Assembly (NCBI GenBank): GCA_965644265.1
Contig: OZ286462.1
Span: 14,514,794-14,572,000, forward strand
Length of the DNA: 57,207 bases
Direction: 5' to 3'
Source of the DNA: Glycera tridactyla
Lineage: Eukaryota
Below the pieces are notes generated by a model. That model was not told the DNA's origin. It was given only the letters and a program-made list of their open reading frames with translations, and searched no databases. Positions 49,463 to 57,207 of the stretch are shown piece by piece. Within the stretch, counting starts at the first letter, position 1. Each line of letters starts with the position of its first letter. A program made the translations under genes and the position numbers.

Positions 49463-51794
49463 TGGCCACCTGGCGCCAGCTAATTGCGATACTACTTGCT
49501 AATTGGAGCTTCGACAACATTTGGTCAGTCGCACCTGGAATTCACATGATCATTTCCCATCTATCTGAAGACATCAAATGAATTATCCCAACACAGTCAT
49601 GAATATGACCATTTTAATTACAGGTATGACTTATCACAGCAAAAGTTCATAGTAAGGCTCAACTGCAATTATCACATGATGTCGTTTTGACTTTATTGTG
49701 GGTGGAAGGAACCCTCGTGCATCTCATATGTTGAGAAATCATCTCTTTGATATGGAATGGGATTCTGGGAATTTTGTCGAGATTTCGAACACAGTCTCAC
49801 AAAGTATCATTTTGTTATATTCAGCCTAAAAAGTACATTACGGCTAATTTGCTTGTTAAATCGAAACGATATATCAGCCCCATGCCTAGTGGCACGTGAT
49901 CATTAGATTTGGGTATTGTCATATGACATCAACACAATGATGGCAATGAGATGTGCAATGATGTGATTGACCAATTGAATCAGTGATAAGATATGTTCCG
50001 ATACACCTTATATCTTCGTGATCTTCCAATCAATCTGACATATTGCATACAATGATGTTCACTGGTTGAATGCTCACCATTTTCACTGACCCATAAGTCC
50101 AGCAAAATTAGCACTTCTTATTTTATATTGTGATGGCCTCTTGGTAAACTCGGTATTAAGAGCTCACACTTGAACACACAATTGAACTGAGACCTCAAAT
50201 CTCAATTCGAAATGTTAGTTTGTTTGTTTGACTATCATGGCTGATCCCAGTTAGGTACCACTGTCAGAGCCTGAAGGTTCTGATCTTCCCATCGCTGCTG
50301 TCAGCTATTTACGGGTGATTGGTCTGATCTTGGCGAGGTGTAACCTGCTGCATGTGATTGAATTTTGAACCTCCTCTCTTGTGCTTGCATGTATGTGTAT
50401 GCTGAGAAGGGGTATCAGTGTAACTGGTTTTCGTAGTCATTTATCATAGTGCCACTGCTAACCTGGTGCCATTGTTTCTAGATCCCAGGGAGGTGCTCAC
50501 ACCACCACCCAGCCCTGGTGGTGTGTAGCTCATGCCTTTTTCCGTGCTACGAGCTCCATTTGCCGATACCAACCAGCGTTTTTTCTCTTCAATCAACATC
50601 TACGAGTCACCATGCCTCGCATTGACATGTCACCATAATTTTTTTCAGTCCCGCACAACAGCGAGTATGCACAGTCTTATACCACGTTTGAATCAAAGCT
50701 ATATAATCACATCAGATAGAATGGCGCACTGTGTCGTAGACTGTGAATATATACACTTTCAACACCTATCACGAATACCATACTAACAGTAACTAGATTA
50801 CGTTGTTTTTTCGCTCAATCATGGATGAGACAATAGGGCCTGCTTAACCTAATATAATAGTGCGTGTGAGTGAGTGGGCTGAAAAGGGGAGGTCGTTGAC
50901 TTTATTGTCGACAGTGCACTTTCTCCACCCGGAATCAATCTCGACGAATGCATGCACACACATATACGTCAAAAATACTCAAGTTGATTGGTTGAACTAT
51001 AACGCCTATTGAATATCGTCGAACGGAAAAAGTATTGTGAAAACTGATAGAGTTATGATAAGATATGCCATGGTACATTATCCGTAAGATGTTGAAAATG
51101 GAGATTATGGGCAAGTTGAATACTCACACACATGTAAATTTGGAGGTTCTCGCCGTTCACACCATTCAATGTGCTCGAAATTCAGGATCTCTTTTTATCA
51201 GTGTACCTAACACATGTGTCTACCTGTGGAGTAAATTGTGATACCATGTGTTGAATGCACAATATCTCCCCTCACTACATAACAATAATAGTACTGTGTG
51301 GAATCATATCATGCTCCGGTGAAATCAATAGTGCATGAAGTTCTCTCACAGGACCAAGTGATATATTTCATACCTGTTATATTGATACAGGGATATTGAT
51401 TCAAGATTTCATTTCATGGACACATTAATCACGGTCAAATATGCCAAAAAATGCAATTGAACAGCGAGCATTTTCCTTATCCTTTTACGAAGCAAATTAT
51501 TAAGCTATACAAATTTATGGAGTCCTTTCATGCATTCCTGCCAATTAATTTCAGTCATGTTGACACAGTGGCTTCGAATTAGTATCTCCATCCACGAACT
51601 CTGACAACTACCATGACCACACCCATCTGGTGCAGGATAATAACAGGTCTTCTCGAAGATCAATAGGTTTGATAGAAGGTATTATGCTCTCAGTACTAAT
51701 GATCACGATCACTGTCGTGATAATCGAAGATAATGAACCCCATTTCATATCATGTGCTCATCATCTCCTGCTTTCCATAGTAGGTGATTACAGG

Positions 51795-51950
51795 AGACAG
51801 AAGGAGACAGATGAGCAAACAGATAGAAACACAGACAGATATGAAGGATGACAACCAGACCGACCAAGGGATAGACAGACAGAAAGAATGGGAACCAGAC
51901 AAACATACAGACAGACAGACAGACAGACGGATGGAGAGACACTGACAGAT
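51795..51950. repeat. Degenerate (GACA)n microsatellite
   Basis: gacagacagacagacagacagacgg core with decayed flanks. Confidence 0.85.
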
Positions 51951-52000
51951 CGACTAAAAAAGGCAAATATAACTGATAGAAGATGAAACGCCTCGTTCAA

Positions 52001-52226
52001 NNNNNNNNNNNNNNNNNNNNNNNNNNNNNNNNNNNNNNNNNNNNNNNNNNNNNNNNNNNNNNNNNNNNNNNNNNNNNNNNNNNNNNNNNNNNNNNNNNNN
52101 NNNNNNNNNNNNNNNNNNNNNNNNNNNNNNNNNNNNNNNNNNNNNNNNNNNNNNNNNNNNNNNNNNNNNNNNNNNNNNNNNNNNNNNNNNNNNNNNNNNN
52201 NNNNNNNNNNNNNNNNNNNNNNNNNN
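52001..52226. other. Assembly gap (226 N)
   Basis: N run. Confidence 0.99.
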
Positions 52227-53327
52227 AAAACTGCTAGGATCAGCAATAGCAGCATTTCGTGATATGCCAGAATATATGGACAAAGGCTGACAATATAGAC
52301 TTTGCAGTTGCGAGAGCACTCTTCTGTCTCGGGTACCTTCCATACAACCAAGACGGTACCATAGTCACAACCATAGTCACAACAAGGTGCTTTCTAATGG
52401 TAGTCCAGCACGCTCACATAGTTGTAATGTGTAGGACAATGATGCCTCGACTTGGGCTGCTTTCACCCATAGCGCTCCTTCATTTTCCAAAATGATGAGA
52501 GGCTAGAATATTGGTATGATGACTGAACTAATGACAGGTATATTGCGCGTTAAGGCTCACACGATAGTCGAGGCGGGATATATAGAACGTTCCCAGGTAT
52601 GAGGACTTTTCGGTCTCATTATCCAATTTATGCATGAAGGAACACATGACATTCTGATTTTTCGATTTGGAAATTTCATATCAGAACGTCAAGACATTCA
52701 GACAGTACGAATTATATGCACATTTCCAGGATGATGACATGAGAACACACATACATTAAATTTCGAGACATGATGTGGCCCGAGGCTATCATTCACATGA
52801 ATTGAATCAAGTTCACCCGTGCGAGCAAGCAGCAAGTGATGGGAGTTTTAGTTCATGTTCCTGCCAGTCTGGCCTGATCAGTTGTGTGTTTCAAATATGG
52901 TCGTTCAAATTATAGAGCAAGAGCGATTATCAGATATCTAGTACAGGTTTTTGTTCCAAACATCTTCACCGCGGCGCTGTCATTCTTCTCAGAAAAGTGT
53001 CACGATGATCTGTCATGCTTCCTGTAACCTGGTGAAGATAGTCCAATGTGCATTCTTGCCAACAATTACACGACTTCAAATACTTCTCTCAAGTTTGAGG
53101 ACAGCGTCATTTGGATTCAAATTACGATATGAGTGAATAAAGCGAACATGAGTCATCGCTTGACAAGCTTGTCACAACTTCGTTTGAGTTCTACGTCTTG
53201 GGTGTGATAAATTATGCCTAGCACGTACTAGCACTCCCCATATGGATTTCTTCATCATTTTTTACTCCAGATATAGTATACTCGGAGAGGATTGATCATA
53301 AATGGTGGCCATGGTTGCTGCCTACGC

Positions 53328-54112
53328 GGATGGTGAAAACCCACCAGCGACGTACTACCTGCACCAGGCTGGAAAATCTGATGATTGAATTCAGGTATCG
53401 TATAATTGGATAGGGAGGTTTATCCGCGAACATGCCCCCTGAAAAACTGACATATCCTATCACAGAGGAGCCATACTTGATGGTTGAAATGATAGGGTGT
53501 GATTTGTATTCTATGATCATACATGTCCAGGAGCTTTGTCATGCACCGTAGAAAGAACATATGAAATAGATCAGTCAGGTATCAGATCAGCTTTCTTCGA
53601 AGTTGAAGTTAAAGTTTAAAAATTTCATATGAAACCACGGACATGAGTCGGACATCTAGATATCCAGCATGCCCGTGATCCAATATTGTGGTTCACCAGG
53701 CCTATGTAATGTTTCCAGAAGTATTTAACAAAAAAATGCAATGTATTCAAAAGTATGTGACATGGCAATATTGGTATTCCGTGTCGAGATCACAAGTAAA
53801 AGTTAAGGGTTGGTTCATTTCATGGCTGTTTAAAGTGTTCTGAGTGAAAACAAGTGTATATTGTTCATACAATAGGCATCAATGAGATCAGTCTGACCTC
53901 TTTGATTCCCATGGAAGGTAAAATAAAAGTCAATATATCTTTTTAGAACTGATGGAGATCGGAGTACTACAGGATGGTACACTCATGTAAACACTGGAAG
54001 CCCTATGAATTCTGCCATTATGGATGTTGGAAACCTTCCAGCGGCAGAGTGCCTGCACCAGACCAGAAAAGCTGATTCAATGCAGGTATCCTATAATTGG
54101 ATGGGAAGGTAT
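53328..54112. repeat. Diverged ~90-bp direct repeat pair (53328-53420 and 54022-54112)
   Basis: GGATG.TG.AAACC..CCAGCG...CCTGCACCAG..GAAAA.CTGAT..CAGGTATC.TATAATTGGAT.GG.AGGT is shared. Confidence 0.8.
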
Positions 54113-54225
54113 AGCTGGGTGTGACCATGCTGTTCAAAATCTACAAGAGTATCTACCTTTCTCTCAAGCCTCCCGTTCTGGCTGCTTTATTTGGTTTAGA
54201 GCGTGCACGATGCATCAGGGATAAA

Positions 54226-54935
54226 ACAACTGCTGTATCTCAGCTTGCAGAACTATTTCATTTCTCTCGCAGCATTGTACTATGGTGTATCCACAAGTTC
54301 TGTATCTCAGCTTGCAGAACTATTTCATTTCTCTCGCAGCATTGTAATATGGTTCATGCACAACTACTGTATCTCAGATTACAGAACTTTTTCATTTCTC
54401 TCGCAGCATTGTACCATGGTGTATGCACAACTTCTGTATCCCAGCTTGTAGGACTATTTCATTTCTCTCGCAGCATTGTAATATGGTGGAGGCACAACTC
54501 CTGTATCTCAGCTTGCAGAAAACTTTCATTTCTCTCGCAGCATTGTACTATGGTGTATGCACAACTTCTCTATCTCAGCTTGCAGAATATTCTTTCATTT
54601 CTCTCGCAGAATTATGATAAGGTGTATGCACTACTTTTGTATCTCAGCTTGCGAAACTTTTTCATTTCTCTAGCAGCATTGTAATATGGTGTATGCACAA
54701 CTTCTGTATCTCAGCTTGTAGAAATATTTCATTTGTTGCTCAGCACCGCGATGTGGTGTATACATGACTCCTGTATCTCAGCTTGCAGAACACTTTCATT
54801 TCTCTCGCAGCATTGTACTGTGGTGTATGCACGACTTCTGTATCTCAGCTTGCAGAACTATTTCATTTCTCTCTCAATATCGTAATATGGTGTACGAACA
54901 CTATCTGTATCTCAGCTGGCAGAACTAGTTCATCT
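54226..54935. repeat. Minisatellite, ~67-69-bp unit, ~10.5 copies
   Basis: Consensus TGTATCTCAGCTTGCAGAACTATTTCATTTCTCTCGCAGCATTGTACTATGGTGTATGCACAACTTC; explains ORFs 54121..54684 and neighbours. Confidence 0.96.
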
Positions 54936-55169
54936 CCCCCGCGCGGCATTTGATAGGGTGCATGTGAACTGCCTATTATGTTACGATGTTGCTCTCGATA
55001 AAAAAGACGCAATATCCCACAGAGTGTCCGTATTGTCAGCCCAAACTACATTCAAATCAGAATCGAAGCTCCTTTGCTGAAGTATTTGATATGTGGAAGG
55101 GGCGTTTTTCTGTGTGTGAAAAGCGGAATTATAACGATCGGAAGGAGCGGACAAAGAAGCTGCACGGCT

Positions 55170-55320
55170 TCGCCATCTGTTGGTCAGTGATGAGAATATA
55201 CACCAGTGCGCAGACATTTCGCGCATGTAGGCCCGGAAGTGATGTGGCAGCGGCAGCACGGAAGTGATGACCATGCTACCCTGCCACACCTAGCGATGCC
55301 TTCAAGCCAACAGATTGGCC
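55170..55320 (-). promoter_or_regulatory. Putative housekeeping-type promoter motif cluster
   Basis: Two ETS motifs, CCGGAAGTG (55233) and CGGAAGTG (55259); NRF1-like GCGCATG (55221); CCAAT on the minus strand (55314-55318); YY1-like AGATGGCG around the minus-strand ATG at 55176; locally CpG-rich. Confidence 0.3.
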
Positions 55321-57207
55321 CCTATATCACCACGTCCGATTATGACTTGTTGCATCTAATATGGGCGAACATGTATGGGGTCAAGCCGGCATTCTGGGTA
55401 TGTATGGACGTCGCACATTATATCGTTACTCCCACGTCCATTATATTGCATACATGGAAGGGTTTCAGTAACAGTCACCATGATTTCCCTTTAAACAGGG
55501 CTGTTATGGTGTGCACAGCTCTGGCTCATGAGCTTGGACAAATTGGCCAGCTTCAATAATGCCCACGGACATGCACACTGGCATGCACCTACACAGACCT
55601 ATATGAGCCGCATCTGTCACACCTCAAGATACCGTTATGGAGGCAGCTGGGTAGAAAGCCTAATCCCCTTCCCTCCCATTTCGATTCACTTCACCCAGCT
55701 GTAGATGGCTACTCACTCGATGCGATGTTGTATTTAGAGGGTTCAGCACATGTAGCCAATGATTTGCTGCAGGCTGTGTACTCTTCAGGGAGGTGAAAGC
55801 AATTCATGCTGCGATATCATTTCGCATATTTTTCTCACTCTGGAAAGGCGTATCGAATTATGGTGACAGGCTACTGAATCAGGTCTTCGGTGTTGGTGAA
55901 CGAAAATCAAAGTCCAAAACAAATATCGAAATTGCCACGTGAAGTGGTCGCTGGATTTCCTTTGATTGGATCAGCAGAACATACCATTGAATGCTAATTA
56001 CCATCGAAAACCTTTTGGAAATCAGCATCTTGATTCTTGGGAAACACCCATGCAATATTTTGCACCTGAGTGTGTAGATTATGCGACGCGCATATGAACA
56101 ACAAAATAATTAATCAGAAGCCGCTGACGTCTGCACACCCAAGTTCACAACATCATTTGTTCTATACCACTCATTGAAAAATCATCGGAGAAACTGCAGA
56201 GAGCAAACAGCAAAATGTGGAATGAGATAACATCATATGATTTATTCTCCATCCTTCTCTCAATATGGGGAGGCGGATATGACTGAATGCTAAAATAAGT
56301 CGATAATTGCTTTGAGGAGTGTGCTATGTGAGAGCTCACGTTTGATATGGGCGGCTGAATTCCAATCAAATAGTTGCTCGCATGCTTGGACACGCAGCTA
56401 TGCGTGTCTCACATGAATTTGCAGTCCCATAGCAGCGCTTTCATGTCAGCAAAAGTACAGTACATGAAACAAGAGCACAGTACAATGAACCAGCAAACTA
56501 CTCAGACGATGTTTTCATTCATGAACATTCAACTTTAATCAAGGATGAAATTTCAAAGGTGTGATCTGACTCGACACTCAAGAAGAATGCTTTTTGAGAA
56601 GAAATGGTGCATCACCTTACTATTGTGTGTAGTGCCTTTTGTATTTAGTCCTCAGAATTTCAAAACTTCACATTTGAATGAACAAGGATGCTGATGAAGA
56701 AGAAGGAGCATCTCATCATGTTGATGGCAGCTCATCTCACATCCATTCTAGCCTGCATTGCATCTCCGGCTGGGTATCCTGATGAAATATGCCCATCATT
56801 ACCAGTCGGCCCCTTCTCCACATCTCAACACACCTCCATGATACCCATGCTTCCCCAATCCATAGCTAAATATGAAGGCATCAGATGATGCAGTCAGAGG
56901 GCAATTGTGTACTGATGGGATGTGTGCCAATCTTATATCATATAATAAGGCAAATGAGTGTGATAGCCCGTGAAATATGGGGATATCGTCGTCCTGTTTC
57001 TGTTTTGTCAAGGATGGCTGTTTGCAGACAGACCTCCATAATTCATGTGGCTCCCTTATCAAAGCCTATACTATATAATTCAATGACGATTGAAGCATTC
57101 AAATCACAGGTGCATCGTGTGGCTGTGTGTGAATTCTATGAGATACCGTGATGCCCACTGTTCCATTCACTCAGGCTGTTTTCAGTATACCGCCATCATC
57201 ATTATTC

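Larger units (their letters stand above)
42310..50569. repeat. 8,260-bp tandem duplication, copy 2
   Basis: Identity with copy 1 ends at ...TGCCGATAC (50569). Differences seen: 36463 G/44723 A, 37813 A/46073 C, 39332 C/47590 T, C13 vs C11, G13 vs G15. Confidence 0.98.

Noticed and set aside
17866-52351. ORFs containing X runs
   Set aside because: They are artefacts of translating through N gaps.
54121-54684. 187-aa ORF
   Set aside because: It is a read-through of the 67-bp minisatellite.
4694-54935. Common ancestry of the 65-bp and 67-bp arrays (both contain TTTCAT and AGCTT)
   Set aside because: Motif spacing differs and the remaining sequence does not align.
56885-57000. Cys-rich frame LCTDGMCANLISY as EGF-like
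   Set aside because: Cys spacing is incomplete and stops follow.
1-57207. tRNA, rRNA, Fanzor/TnpB or other RNA-guided system
   Set aside because: No cloverleaf or rRNA motifs, no RuvC- or RT-bearing intact ORF and no repeat-spacer architecture were seen.

Overview
This is repeat-rich eukaryotic DNA, most likely from an invertebrate metazoan (AT-rich, no gene-dense or operon organisation, five N gaps). I find no intact protein-coding gene, RNA gene or CRISPR array. The ORF-track entries are short chance ORFs or by-products of repeats and gaps. Directly visible structure: (1) seven unrelated minisatellite arrays (units ~50, 43, 65, 31, 37, 86 and 67 bp; 0.6-1.4 kb each), several with higher-order periodicity; (2) an 8,260-bp head-to-tail duplication (34050-42309 / 42310-50569) in which both copies carry the same 153-N gap; (3) inside that unit, a cluster of GC-rich palindromes, including a 346-bp end-to-end foldback element built on a CTACCAC/GTGGTAG motif; (4) several small diverged duplications. 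Recognised by eye only, without database searches: decayed transposon coding remnants (a clear LINE ORF2 3' end, two weaker LINE endonuclease remnants, a probable Sola-type transposase), a Helitron-like 3' terminus and a promoter-like motif cluster near 55.2 kb. I do not see a convincing new biological system. The best candidates for follow-up are the CTACCAC palindrome family, the clustered higher-order minisatellites and the unidentified decayed ORFs.
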